Below, piece after piece: positions 10,635 to 20,018 of a stretch of DNA of 64,000 nucleotides. How positions within the stretch are numbered: position 1 is the first letter of the stretch; every line of letters starts with the position of its first letter. Location of the stretch: assembly GCA_964252075.1 (NCBI GenBank), contig CAXULY010000013.1, positions 32,001 through 96,000 on the forward strand. The letters are read 5' to 3'. The position numbers and the translations under genes were made by a program. This stretch comes from an uncultured Deinococcaceae bacterium. GTDB lineage: Bacteria > Deinococcota > Deinococci > Deinococcales > Deinococcaceae. The notes beneath the pieces were generated by a model. The model was given only the letters and a program-made list of their open reading frames with translations, ran no database searches and was not told the origin of the DNA.

Positions 10635-12033
10635 GGCCCTGATGGTGCAGGGCTGCACCAGCCACGCGGGCAAGAGTTACCTCGTCGCGGCGCTGTGCCG
10701 CGCCCTCGCGAACGAGGGGGTGCGCGTCGCGCCCTTCAAGGCGCAGAACATGAGCAACAACGCGGGCGTCACCGAAAACGGCCTGGAGATGGGCCGCGCG
10801 CAGATCGTGCAGGCGCAGGCCGCGCGCCTGGAGGCGCACGTGGACATGAACCCCGTGCTGCTCAAGCCCGAGGCGGACACGCGCTCGCAGGTGGTGCTGC
10901 TGGGCCGCGCGAACGCGGCACTCACCGCTCTGCCCTGGCGGGAACGCAAGGCGCAGCTGTGGCCGCACGTGCAGGGCAGCCTGCACCGCCTCATGGACGC
11001 GCACGACGTGGTGGTGATCGAGGGCGCGGGCAGTCCTGCCGAGGTGAACCTGCGGTCGAGTGACATCGTGAACATGCGCGTGGCGCTTGAGGTGCAGGCG
11101 TCCGTGCTGCTCGCCGCGGACATTGACCGCGGCGGGGCCTTCGCGCACCTGCTCGGCACGTGGCACTGCCTCGCGCCGGATGAGCGCGCGCTGCTGCGCG
11201 GCTTCATCCTGAACCGCTTCCGGGGCGACGCGCGCCTGCTCGCCCCGGCGCCCGAGTGGCTGGAGGGGCAGACGGGCGTCCCGACGGTCGGGGTGGTGCC
11301 GTGGCTGGACATCCCGCTGCCCGAGGAGGACGGCGTGGCGCTGGAGGGACCGCGGGGCGTGACGCCGGGGGGTTTCGTGGCGATCGCGCGCCTGCCGCGC
11401 GTGAGTAACCTCGACGAGTTCGCGCCGCTCGGGGACCTCGCGCGCTGGGTGAGCGCGCCCGCCGAACTCGCGGGCGCGCGCGCCATCATCGTGCCGGGCA
11501 GCAAGAGCACCGCCGCGGACCTCGCGTGGCTGCGCGCGAGTGGCCTCGCGGGGGCCATCGCGCGCGCCGCGGCCTCCGGCACCCCGGTGCTCGGCGTGTG
11601 CGGGGGCCTGCAGATGCTCGGGCGGAGCATCCACGACCCGGCGGGCGTGGAGGGGCCTGTCTTGGCGCCCGGCCTGGGCCTGCTGGACCTCACCACGACC
11701 TTCGCGACGGAGAAAGCCACGCGCCGCGCGCGGTTCCGCGACCCCGAGACGCACACGACCGTCACGGGCTACGAGATTCACCACGGCCGCACGGAGGCCG
11801 GGCCGGACGTGCTGACCCTGGCGCCGGACCTGCTGTGGCGGCAGGGCAACGTGCGCGGCACGTACCTGCACGGCCTGCTGGAGAACCCCGCGTACCTGGA
11901 GGCCTTCCTGCGCTGGGCGGACCTCCCCACGCCCGCCGGGCTGAGCAGCCTCGACGCGCGCCTCGACGCCCTGGCGGAAGGGGTGCGCGCGGCGCTCGAC
12001 TGGAACTTCATTCAGGGTCTGGTGACGCCGTGA
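10627..12033 (+). CDS. cobQ: Cobyric acid synthase
   Basis: MVQGCTSHAGKS, PFKAQNMSNN, EGAGSPAEVNL, GVCGGLQMLG, GYEIH, GTYLHG. Confidence 0.96.
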   Translation: MARALMVQGCTSHAGKSYLVAALCRALANEGVRVAPFKAQNMSNNAGVTENGLEMGRAQIVQAQAARLEAHVDMNPVLLKPEADTRSQVVLLGRANAALTALPWRERKAQLWPHVQGSLHRLMDAHDVVVIEGAGSPAEVNLRSSDIVNMRVALEVQASVLLAADIDRGGAFAHLLGTWHCLAPDERALLRGFILNRFRGDARLLAPAPEWLEGQTGVPTVGVVPWLDIPLPEEDGVALEGPRGVTPGGFVAIARLPRVSNLDEFAPLGDLARWVSAPAELAGARAIIVPGSKSTAADLAWLRASGLAGAIARAAASGTPVLGVCGGLQMLGRSIHDPAGVEGPVLAPGLGLLDLTTTFATEKATRRARFRDPETHTTVTGYEIHHGRTEAGPDVLTLAPDLLWRQGNVRGTYLHGLLENPAYLEAFLRWADLPTPAGLSSLDARLDALAEGVRAALDWNFIQGLVTP

Positions 12034-12052
12034 GCCCTATGCTGCCTCAGCC

Positions 12053-12406
12053 ATGACGACGCGCGGCCCGAAGTACTTCCGCACCAGCAGCCACCTGCTG
12101 GTCTGCCAGAACGGCAGCTGCAAGGCGCGCGGCGCGGACCTGCTGTACCAAGCGCTCTGGAAGGCCCTGGAGCGCGAGTCGCTGATGTACTACAAGTCGG
12201 GCGGCAGCGTGCGCCTCACCGCGAGCGGCTGCCTTGGCGCGTGCAGTTACGGCCCCACCCTGTGCGTGTACCGCGAACGCGCGGGCGCGCTGGAGGAAGG
12301 CTGGTACGCCGCCGTGGACGTCCCGCTCGCGCTGCAGATCGCGCGCGCCGCGCACGCGGGCGCGGACCTGCCCGAGGAGCGCCGCTACGGCCCCCACCGT
12401 GACTGA
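12053..12406 (+). CDS. Thioredoxin-like [2Fe-2S] ferredoxin
   Basis: LLVCQNGSC...SGCLGACSYGP...WY. Confidence 0.88.
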   Translation: MTTRGPKYFRTSSHLLVCQNGSCKARGADLLYQALWKALERESLMYYKSGGSVRLTASGCLGACSYGPTLCVYRERAGALEEGWYAAVDVPLALQIARAAHAGADLPEERRYGPHRD

Positions 12407-12947
12407 GGCGGACGTCCGGCGCGCGGCGCTCGCCGTGCCCGCGAACCGCGCGATTCTGGAGCGCCTCGCGGATCTGCGCGCGCCGCAGGCCATGCTGACC
12501 GCCGGGTGCCTCTTCCAGCCCGTCTGGAACGCCCGCTGCGGCCTCCCGCCAGACCACGGCATCCGTGACCACGACGTCTTCTACTGGGACGCGGACACCA
12601 GCGAGGCCGCCGAGGACCGGGTGATTCAGCGCGCCGCGCGGCTCTTCGCGGACCTCGGCGTGACGGTGGAGGTGCGCAACCAGGCGCGCGTGCACCTGTG
12701 GTACGCGGCGCACTTCGGCGCGCCGTGCCCGCCCCTGCCGAGCGCGCGGGCGGGCGTGGACCGCTTCCTGATCCTCGCGACGTGCGTGGGCATCGAGGCG
12801 GGCGGGGCGCTGTACGCCCCGTACGGCCTCGCGGACCTCGCGGCGGGCGTGCTGCGCCCCAACCCCGCGAACGACCAGCCCGCGCTGTTCGCCGCGAAGG
12901 CCGCGAGTTACCGCGAGCGCTGGCCCTGGCTGACCGTCGCGTCCTGA
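12399..12947 (+). CDS. Putative nucleotidyltransferase (DUF925 family)
   Basis: AGCLFQPVWN, GIRDHDVFYWD, VEVRNQARVHLWY, YAPYGL; GTG start overlaps the ferredoxin stop. Confidence 0.8.
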   Translation: MTEADVRRAALAVPANRAILERLADLRAPQAMLTAGCLFQPVWNARCGLPPDHGIRDHDVFYWDADTSEAAEDRVIQRAARLFADLGVTVEVRNQARVHLWYAAHFGAPCPPLPSARAGVDRFLILATCVGIEAGGALYAPYGLADLAAGVLRPNPANDQPALFAAKAASYRERWPWLTVAS

Positions 12948-13819
12948 GCGCGCCGACCCCACAGGCGACCCCCGAACACGTGCAGGCCCAGGCCCGCGAA
13001 GATCAGCAGCGCCGCGAGGAGCTTCACCGCCCCGAACTCCTCGTGCAGCAGCAGCACGCTCGCCAGCATTCCGAACACCGGCACCAGCAGCGACAGCGGC
13101 GCCACCCGCACCGCGCCGTGCCGCTGGATGAGCACGCTCCAGATACCGAAGCCGAACACGGTGTTCAGGTACGCCATGAACGCCACCGCCCCCCAGAAGC
13201 CCGGCCCGCCCGCCGTGAGGGCGTGCCAGACGTTCCCCCAGCCCTCCGTGACGCCCGCCAGCAGCGTGAGCGGCAGGGGCGGCACGAGCGCCGACCACAC
13301 CACCAGGGACAGCGCGTTCGTGCTGCCCGCCGCGCGCACCATCAGGTTGCTGGCCGCCCAGCCCAGCGCCGCGAGCAGCACCAGCGTGAGGCCGATGGCG
13401 CTCGCGTGGTGCGCGCCCACCAGCCCGATGAAGGCCATGCCCAGGAAGGCCAGCAGCATGCCCACAAGCTGGTTCGGCAGCAGCCGCTCGCGCAGCAGCG
13501 CCGCGCTCAGCAGCGCCGTGAAGAACGCCTGCGTCTGCATGAGCAGCGACGCGAGGCCCGCGCTGAGGCCCAGCTGCACCGCGAGGTACAGCAGCCCGAA
13601 CTGCACCACGCCCACCGTCAGGCCGTACCCGAGCAGCAGCCTGAGGGGCACGCGCGGGCGCGGCACCAGGAACACGGCGGGCACCGCCGCGAGCGCGAAG
13701 CGCAGCGCCGCCACGAACAGCGGCGGCGCGCCCCGCACGCTCAGCTCGATCACCACGAAGTTCGCGCCCCAGATGAAGGTGATCAGCAGGGCCAGCAGGA
13801 GGCTGCGCGCGGGAATCAA
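12908..13819 (-). CDS. EamA/DMT family transporter
   Basis: IWGANFVVI, about 10 TM helices, VAPLSLLVPVFG; TTG start overlaps the M32 gene stop. Confidence 0.88.
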   Translation of the reverse strand: MIPARSLLLALLITFIWGANFVVIELSVRGAPPLFVAALRFALAAVPAVFLVPRPRVPLRLLLGYGLTVGVVQFGLLYLAVQLGLSAGLASLLMQTQAFFTALLSAALLRERLLPNQLVGMLLAFLGMAFIGLVGAHHASAIGLTLVLLAALGWAASNLMVRAAGSTNALSLVVWSALVPPLPLTLLAGVTEGWGNVWHALTAGGPGFWGAVAFMAYLNTVFGFGIWSVLIQRHGAVRVAPLSLLVPVFGMLASVLLLHEEFGAVKLLAALLIFAGLGLHVFGGRLWGRRAQDATVSQGQRSR

Positions 13820-15336
13820 GACGGTGTGAGCCCGTACAGCGCGCCGTACTTCGCGCGCAGGTACGCCAGGTACGGCTCGACGCTCATGGCCTGCCCCGTC
13901 GCGTGGCGCACCAGCTCGTCCGGCGTGCGGGCGCGCCCGAAGCGGTACACGTGCTCCCGCAGCCACCCCAGCAGCGCCGAGAACTCCCCCCGCCCGATCT
14001 GCTCGGGGAGGTCCGGGTGCGCGCGGCACGCCGCGTCGAAGAACTGCGCGCTCAGCACGTTCCCGATGGTGTAGCCCTGAAACGCGCCCGCCACCGGCCC
14101 GAAGTACCAGTGCACGTCCTGCAGCACGCCATCCGTGTGGTTGGGCGCGCGCAGGCCCAGGTTCTGCTCGTACGCGGCGTGCCACGCGTCCGCGAGGTCG
14201 GGCACGGCGAGGCGGCCCTCCAGCAGCTCCACCTCCAGCTCGAAGCGCGTGATGACGTGCAGGTTGTACGTGAGTTCGTCCGCGTCCGTGCGGATGAGGC
14301 TGCGGCGCACCTCGTTCACGCTGCGGTAGAACTCCTCCACCGTCACGTCCGCGAGCTGCTCCGGGAAGGCCGCCTGCAACCGCGGGAAGTAATGCTGCCA
14401 GAACGGCAGCGAGCGCCCCACGATGTTCTCCCACAGGCGCGACTGGCTCTCGTGCACGCCCGCGCTCGCCCCGCCGTCCAGCGGCGTGCCCGCCAGTTCG
14501 GGCGCGGTGCCCTGCTCGTACAGCGCGTGGCCCGTCTCGTGCAGGGTCGAGAACAGCGCCTCGGTCAGGTCGCGCTCCTTCACGCGCGTCGTGATGCGCA
14601 CGTCGTCATGCCCGAGGCGCGTCATGAACGGGTGGTGCGTGAGGTCCTGTCGCCCGCGCGTGAAGTCGTACCCGTAATCGCGCGCGACCGCCTCGCCGAA
14701 CGCCAGCTGCTCCTGCGCCGGGTACGGGCGGCGCAGAAAGTCCGTGCGCGGCTCCGGCGCGCCCGTCACCTGCGTCACGAGCGGCACCAGCGCGTCGCGC
14801 AGCTGCGTGAACACCTCGCGCACCTGCGCGCCCGTGAGGCCCTCGTCGGACTCATCCACGAAGAAATCCATGGGCTGCGCGAACTCCGGGTGGTAGCCCG
14901 CCAGCTGCCGCGTGAGGTCCAGCGTGCGCTCCAGGCGCGGCACCATGCCCGCGAAGTCATTCGCGGGCCGCGCGCGCGTCCAGGCGTCGTAGGTTTCCCC
15001 CACGTGCTGCGAGAACTGCGCCACGAACGACGCGGGCAGGCGCGTCGCGCGCTCGAAGTCCCGGCGCGCCACGTGCAGCAGCCGCGCGTCCACGCCGTCC
15101 GGGTCGAGGTCCGCGCGTTCGGGCTCCAGGCTGTCCAGCAGCCGCCCCAGCTCCGGGTCGGTGGCCTGCGCGTGCGCGAGGCGCGCCAGCAGCGCCTGCT
15201 GGCGCGCGCGCCCGGCGCCCGCCGCCTCCGGCTGGTAGGTGCTCTGGTCCCAGCCCAGCAGCGACCCGATGGCGCCCAGGTCGTTCAGGTCCTGCAGCCG
15301 CGCGCGCAGCGCGGCCAGTCGGCTCTCGAAAGTCAT
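13816..15336 (-). CDS. Carboxypeptidase M32 (Taq-type)
   Basis: HPF, DVRITTR, HETGH, HESQS, IRTDADE, GVLQDVHW. Confidence 0.96.
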   Translation of the reverse strand: MTFESRLAALRARLQDLNDLGAIGSLLGWDQSTYQPEAAGAGRARQQALLARLAHAQATDPELGRLLDSLEPERADLDPDGVDARLLHVARRDFERATRLPASFVAQFSQHVGETYDAWTRARPANDFAGMVPRLERTLDLTRQLAGYHPEFAQPMDFFVDESDEGLTGAQVREVFTQLRDALVPLVTQVTGAPEPRTDFLRRPYPAQEQLAFGEAVARDYGYDFTRGRQDLTHHPFMTRLGHDDVRITTRVKERDLTEALFSTLHETGHALYEQGTAPELAGTPLDGGASAGVHESQSRLWENIVGRSLPFWQHYFPRLQAAFPEQLADVTVEEFYRSVNEVRRSLIRTDADELTYNLHVITRFELEVELLEGRLAVPDLADAWHAAYEQNLGLRAPNHTDGVLQDVHWYFGPVAGAFQGYTIGNVLSAQFFDAACRAHPDLPEQIGRGEFSALLGWLREHVYRFGRARTPDELVRHATGQAMSVEPYLAYLRAKYGALYGLTPS

Positions 15337-15387
15337 GCCCCAACCTAACAGGGCTGGGGCACGCGCGCCTACCGTGATTGGCTCAGG

Positions 15388-15903
15388 TCAGGGGTTCGCG
15401 GGGTAATTCAGGTCGTAGCCGCTGAAGGTGTCGTTGCTGGCCGCGCCGCTGGGCGTCACGGTGCCGTCCGCCTTGTTGAACACCGACCAGCCCGCCCCGA
15501 AGGTCTTGCCGAAGACCGTGAAGGCCTGGTTGGAGTACACGAGGTACTTGCCGTTGTCGTCGCTGACGGTCTCGCCCAGCTGGTAGCTGCCGTCCGCGGC
15601 GTTGCCGTTCGAGCCGTCCACGTACGCGATGATGCGGTAGAGGCCCTGGTCGGCGGTCTTGGGCAGGTCGTAGGTGAAGCCGTCCGTGATGTTGGTGTCC
15701 ACGATCTGCGCCTGGCTGCCGTTGCCGTACGCGCCCTGCTCGTTCACGCCGATCAGCGCGATCTTGGTGGTGCCGTTCGGCCAGTTGCCGTTCAGTTTGC
15801 CGCTCACGTCCGGGCCGCTCTGCGGGCCGCCCAGCAGGCCTCCGCTGCACGCGGTGAGGGAGAGCGCGCCAATCAGGCCGAGGCCGAGGATTCTGGTGTG
15901 CAT
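15388..15903 (-). CDS. Lipoprotein, unknown function
   Basis: Lipobox LTAC, GGAGG RBS, typical codon use. Confidence 0.8.
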   Translation of the reverse strand: MHTRILGLGLIGALSLTACSGGLLGGPQSGPDVSGKLNGNWPNGTTKIALIGVNEQGAYGNGSQAQIVDTNITDGFTYDLPKTADQGLYRIIAYVDGSNGNAADGSYQLGETVSDDNGKYLVYSNQAFTVFGKTFGAGWSVFNKADGTVTPSGAASNDTFSGYDLNYPANP

Positions 15904-16091
15904 GTGGTGCCTCCGTTCGAGGCTCAGCTTAGGTGCGGTGGATTCTCACGCTCTAGCGCGCAAGCCTTGCCGCTGCTATCAGCGCGCGTTCACGCCGAAC
16001 CTGATCCTCTAAGAAGACCACGGGCTGGCTGACCGCGCGTCCATTTCTGACCTCTGCCGTCAGCTTCGCGCAATCCGGTATTGTCGCTGCC

Positions 16092-16892
16092 ATGATCCTC
16101 CTTACCGAGCGGCGCGGCCCCGTGACCGTGCTGCGCCTGAACCGCCCCGAGGCCAGGAACGCCCTCTCCGCCGAACTCATCGCCGCGCTGCGGGAAGCGC
16201 TGCGCGACCTGGAACGGGACGACGCGACGCGCGCGCTGGTCCTGACGGGCGAGGGGAAGCTCTTCTCGGCGGGCGCGGACCTGAAGGCCCTGAACGCGCT
16301 GGCGACGGCGTCCAGCGAGGAGAACCGCGCGGACAGCCAGGCGCTCGCGGACCTGCTGCACGCCCTGTACACCTTCCCGAAACCCGTGATCGCGGCTGTG
16401 GAGGGCGCGGCCATCGCGGGCGGCGCGGGCCTCGCGAGCGCCTGCGACCTCACGGTGGCGGGTGAGGGCGCGAAGTTCGGGTACACCGAGGTGCGCCTGG
16501 GGTTCGTCGCGGCGATCGTGGGGGTGTTCCTGCTGCGGCAGGCGGGCGAGAAGCACGCGCGTGAACTGCTGCTGTCCGGGAAGCTGGTCTCCGCGTCGGA
16601 GGCGCACCGCATGGGCCTCGTGAACGAGGTGGTGCCGGACGGTCAGGCGCTCTCGCGGGCGCTGGAGGTGGCGTTGGAACTCGTGCAGAACAGCGGGACG
16701 GCCCTCGCGACCACCAAGGACCTGCTGGCGCACCTGCCCGGCATGGGCCTCGCGGAGGCGTTGCGGCACGCGGTGAGCGTGAACGCCTGGACGCGCACCA
16801 CGGCGGACCTCAAGGAGGGCGTGCGGGCGTTCCTGGAGAAGCGCGAGCCGAACTGGCGGCGACCCACCCCTGAGGACGGGCCGCAGGAATAA
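16092..16892 (+). CDS. Enoyl-CoA hydratase/crotonase (methylglutaconyl-CoA hydratase-like)
   Basis: LNRPEARNALS, FSAGADL, GAAIAGGAGL, FGYTEVRLG. Confidence 0.92.
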   Translation: MILLTERRGPVTVLRLNRPEARNALSAELIAALREALRDLERDDATRALVLTGEGKLFSAGADLKALNALATASSEENRADSQALADLLHALYTFPKPVIAAVEGAAIAGGAGLASACDLTVAGEGAKFGYTEVRLGFVAAIVGVFLLRQAGEKHARELLLSGKLVSASEAHRMGLVNEVVPDGQALSRALEVALELVQNSGTALATTKDLLAHLPGMGLAEALRHAVSVNAWTRTTADLKEGVRAFLEKREPNWRRPTPEDGPQE

Positions 16893-16936
16893 AGCCGCGG
16901 GGGGCCAGTCACGCTGGCCCCCCGCGTGCCCGTTCG

Positions 16937-17806
16937 TCAGCGCGTTTCGAGCGTGAGCTGCATCTGCCCGACGGTGCGGTCCGACGCGGACGCGAGGCAA
17001 TCGAACACCGTGCGCGCCCCCTCCCGGCCCTGCGCCTCCACCTCGAAGGTGGCGGACTCGCCCGCCCAGCAGAAGTCGCGGGCGTCCACCTGCGCCTGCG
17101 CCACGTGGAACGCCTGCCCCTCACCGAGGGCGCGCCCCGCGAGCTGCGAGAGCTGACCCATCAGGATCGCGACGGGCATGGCCGGGTAGCGGTCGAAGTG
17201 CCCGGCGCAGGCCTCCTGCGGCACCTCTCTGATGGTGCGCGTCCAGCGGTCGCCGCGCTGCACGATGTCCCCCAGCGGGAGGGCGGGCATGCTGGGGTAC
17301 GTGAAGGCCCCGAAGCCCGGCTGCTGGCGCGACCGGAAGAGCCGCGAGAAGGCGCTGTCCGTCAGGATGGTGTAGAGCACCTCCACCACCGCAAGGGGCT
17401 GCCCGTCCGCGAGGGCGTGGATGCGGGCGGTCGCCTCGCGCTTGCTGAGGCTCAGCAGCTCCGCACGCAGGGTGACGGTCGCGCCGTACGGCGCGGGGTT
17501 CGGGACGCCATGGTAGGTGGCTTTCTGCGCGAGGTAGTACCGGCGCTGGTCGTCCGTCTGGGCGAGCGCGGCCACGCACAGGCCCGCGATGGCGGCGTGG
17601 CGGCTCAGCTCGGCGCCCTGCATGGGGCCGCACTCGGCGCCGCGCGGCAGTTCGGCGCTGGCGGTGGCGGTGAGGAGGCCATCATCGGCGTGCAGGTCGC
17701 GCAGGGCGAAGTACGGGGGGCGGACGCAAATCCGCTGCAGCAGAACCTCAGAGTTGATCTGGGTGCGGGGGTGACGGACGGCGCTGAAAGTGTCCCTTAA
17801 CAGCAT
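16937..17806 (-). CDS. Double hotdog-fold protein (AfsA/FabZ-like), unknown function
   Basis: GGAGG RBS; C-terminal GHFDRYPAMP resembles the FabZ/FabA active-site motif; N-terminal half looks like a second hotdog repeat. Confidence 0.6.
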   Translation of the reverse strand: MLLRDTFSAVRHPRTQINSEVLLQRICVRPPYFALRDLHADDGLLTATASAELPRGAECGPMQGAELSRHAAIAGLCVAALAQTDDQRRYYLAQKATYHGVPNPAPYGATVTLRAELLSLSKREATARIHALADGQPLAVVEVLYTILTDSAFSRLFRSRQQPGFGAFTYPSMPALPLGDIVQRGDRWTRTIREVPQEACAGHFDRYPAMPVAILMGQLSQLAGRALGEGQAFHVAQAQVDARDFCWAGESATFEVEAQGREGARTVFDCLASASDRTVGQMQLTLETR

Positions 17807-17964
17807 TGATCCTCCATGACGGCCCGAACGGGGCTGGCCCATGGTAGAGGAGCTTCTCCCAGCAAAATGAGAAGTGGAACATTTTCATGAAGGCAGGCGG
17901 ACCCGGCCTTTATGTGCTAACGCATAGACGCCCTGCGGGAAGTGTGCTCGGCACAGGGCCAAGT

Positions 17965-19899
17965 TCAGTTGAGGGCCGTGTAGTCGGTCTTCGCGTCCGC
18001 CCGCCCGGTGCGGCGCAGGAGCGTCGTGAAGTCCTCCACCGGCAGCGGCTTCGAGAAGAAGAACCCCTGCCCGAGGTCGCAGCCCAGGCCCTTGATGGTG
18101 TCCAGCTGCGCGACCGTCTCGATGCCCTCGGCCACCACCTGCAGGTCCAGCGTCTGCGTGATGCCCACGATGGCCTCAATGAGCGCCAGCGCGTACTGCG
18201 GCGCCCGGCGCGGCGAGGAGAGGTCCGAAATGAAGGAGCGGTCGATCTTGATGCAGTTGATGGGCAGGTCCCGCAGGTACGACAGTGACGAGTACCCCGT
18301 CCCGAAATCATCGATGGCGATCCCCACACCCATGCGCTGCAACTCGCGCAGCGCGAGCTGCACGGTGTCCGGGTGGTGAATCAGGGCGCCCTCCGTGAGT
18401 TCCAGCTCCAGCGCGCTGGCGGGCAGGCCACTCGACATCAGGGCGTCCTTGACCTGCTGCACGAAGTCCTGGTGCGCGAACTGCAGCGGCGAGACGTTCA
18501 CGCTCAGCACCAGCGACTCGCCCGTCAGGTCGCGCCACGTGCGGGCCTGTGCGCAGGCGGTCCGCAGCACCCAGGTGCCCACCCGCGCGATCTGCCCGCT
18601 GGACTCTGCGATGGGAATGAAGGTGGTGGGCGACACCGCACCGAACTCCGGGTGCGTCCAGCGCAGCAGCGTCTCGGCCTTCACCAGCTGGCCGCTCCCG
18701 AGGTCGTAGATGGGCTGGTACACCACGCTCAGCTGGTCCCCCGCCAGCGCGAACTGGAATTCGCGCTCCAGCAGCTTGCGGCGCTCCAGCTGAGCGTCCA
18801 GCGCGTGGTCGAAGCGCCGCACGCCGTTCTTGCCGGTGGTCTTCACGTGGTACATCGCGGCGTCCGCGTGGCGCAGGACCGTCTCGGCGTCCTGCGCGTC
18901 CTCCGGGCAGGCGCTGATGCCGATGCTGGCGGTCAGCTGCACCATCTGCGCGCGCGCCATGTACGGCTGCGTGACGCTGTCCAGCACATGGTGCGCGAGG
19001 GCCAGCGCGCGCTCCGTGCCGGTGCCGTGCAGCACCAGCACGAACTCGTCACCGCTCATGCGGGCCGCGAGGTCCCCGTCTTTCAGGTACCGCTGCAGCC
19101 GCTCCGCGAAGTCGCGCAGCACCTCGTCACCCGCGCCGTGCCCGAGCGTGTCGTTGATCAGCTTGAAGCCGTCGATGTCGATGAACAGCAGCGAGAAGGG
19201 CTCGCCGCGCTCGATGGCGCCCTGCAGTTCGTGCTCCAGCTGCAAGCGGTTCGGGAGGCCCGTCAGGAGGTCCGTGAAGGCGAGGCGCTGCAGCGTCTCG
19301 GCTTTGCTCTGACTGCGCGCGAGGCGGTCCTTGTACCCGATGAACACGTTCGTGAGGGCCAGCAGCGTGAGGTTCGCGAGGTTCAGCTCGACCAGCGCGA
19401 AGAGCACGCCGGTCGTGCGCGGCGTGACGCGCTGGTCGAGGGCGTAGCCCACGCTGGAGAGCAGCACCCCCGCGAAGAACGCCAGCGAGATGCCGCGCGC
19501 CGCACGCAGGTTCGGCACGAACAGCGACAGCACGTACAGCGACGGAATCCAGAAGAAGGACTCGGTCATCTCCGCCTGCACGGACGCGCCCGCCGGCAGG
19601 AAGAACAGCACGTAAATCAGTTTGCTGAGGAAGAAGGCGCTGATGGCGGTCACCAGCGCCGTCACCACCTGCCCCGTCGCGCGCCGGAAGCGCCACAGCA
19701 GCACCTCCAGCACCACGACGCCCAGCGTGAGCAGCGGGTACGCCACCCGGTCGAAGGGCGTGGACTGCCTGCTCGGGCCGTCCAGCAGCAGGCCCGCGAA
19801 GAACGCCAGGCCCGCCGCGGGCATGGCGATGAGCAGCGTGCGGCGCCAGCCGTCCTCGGCGTGAGGGCGGTGGGCGGCGGCGGGCGGGACGCGGCTCAT
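17965..19899 (-). CDS. Membrane-bound GGDEF-EAL diguanylate cyclase/phosphodiesterase
   Basis: N-terminal TM bundle; DLLTGLPNR, FKLINDTLGHGAGD, SGDEF; ETLLRW, DDFGTGYSSL, VAEGIET. Confidence 0.95.
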   Translation of the reverse strand: MSRVPPAAAHRPHAEDGWRRTLLIAMPAAGLAFFAGLLLDGPSRQSTPFDRVAYPLLTLGVVVLEVLLWRFRRATGQVVTALVTAISAFFLSKLIYVLFFLPAGASVQAEMTESFFWIPSLYVLSLFVPNLRAARGISLAFFAGVLLSSVGYALDQRVTPRTTGVLFALVELNLANLTLLALTNVFIGYKDRLARSQSKAETLQRLAFTDLLTGLPNRLQLEHELQGAIERGEPFSLLFIDIDGFKLINDTLGHGAGDEVLRDFAERLQRYLKDGDLAARMSGDEFVLVLHGTGTERALALAHHVLDSVTQPYMARAQMVQLTASIGISACPEDAQDAETVLRHADAAMYHVKTTGKNGVRRFDHALDAQLERRKLLEREFQFALAGDQLSVVYQPIYDLGSGQLVKAETLLRWTHPEFGAVSPTTFIPIAESSGQIARVGTWVLRTACAQARTWRDLTGESLVLSVNVSPLQFAHQDFVQQVKDALMSSGLPASALELELTEGALIHHPDTVQLALRELQRMGVGIAIDDFGTGYSSLSYLRDLPINCIKIDRSFISDLSSPRRAPQYALALIEAIVGITQTLDLQVVAEGIETVAQLDTIKGLGCDLGQGFFFSKPLPVEDFTTLLRRTGRADAKTDYTALN

Positions 19900-20018
19900 C
19901 TCTGGGCCTTACGATACGGCGGCCTTCCTCTCGAAAACCTTACCTCGGCACTTGAGCTGCGCTTGAGGGACGCGTGACGCACCGCAGCGGTGTTTACACT
20001 GAAGCCACAGGAGGTCCG

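Noticed and set aside
16092..16892. Crotonase as an RpfF-like DSF synthase for the nearby GGDEF-EAL protein
   Set aside because: The sequence resembles methylglutaconyl-CoA hydratase-type enzymes, and the gene is convergent and not co-transcribed.
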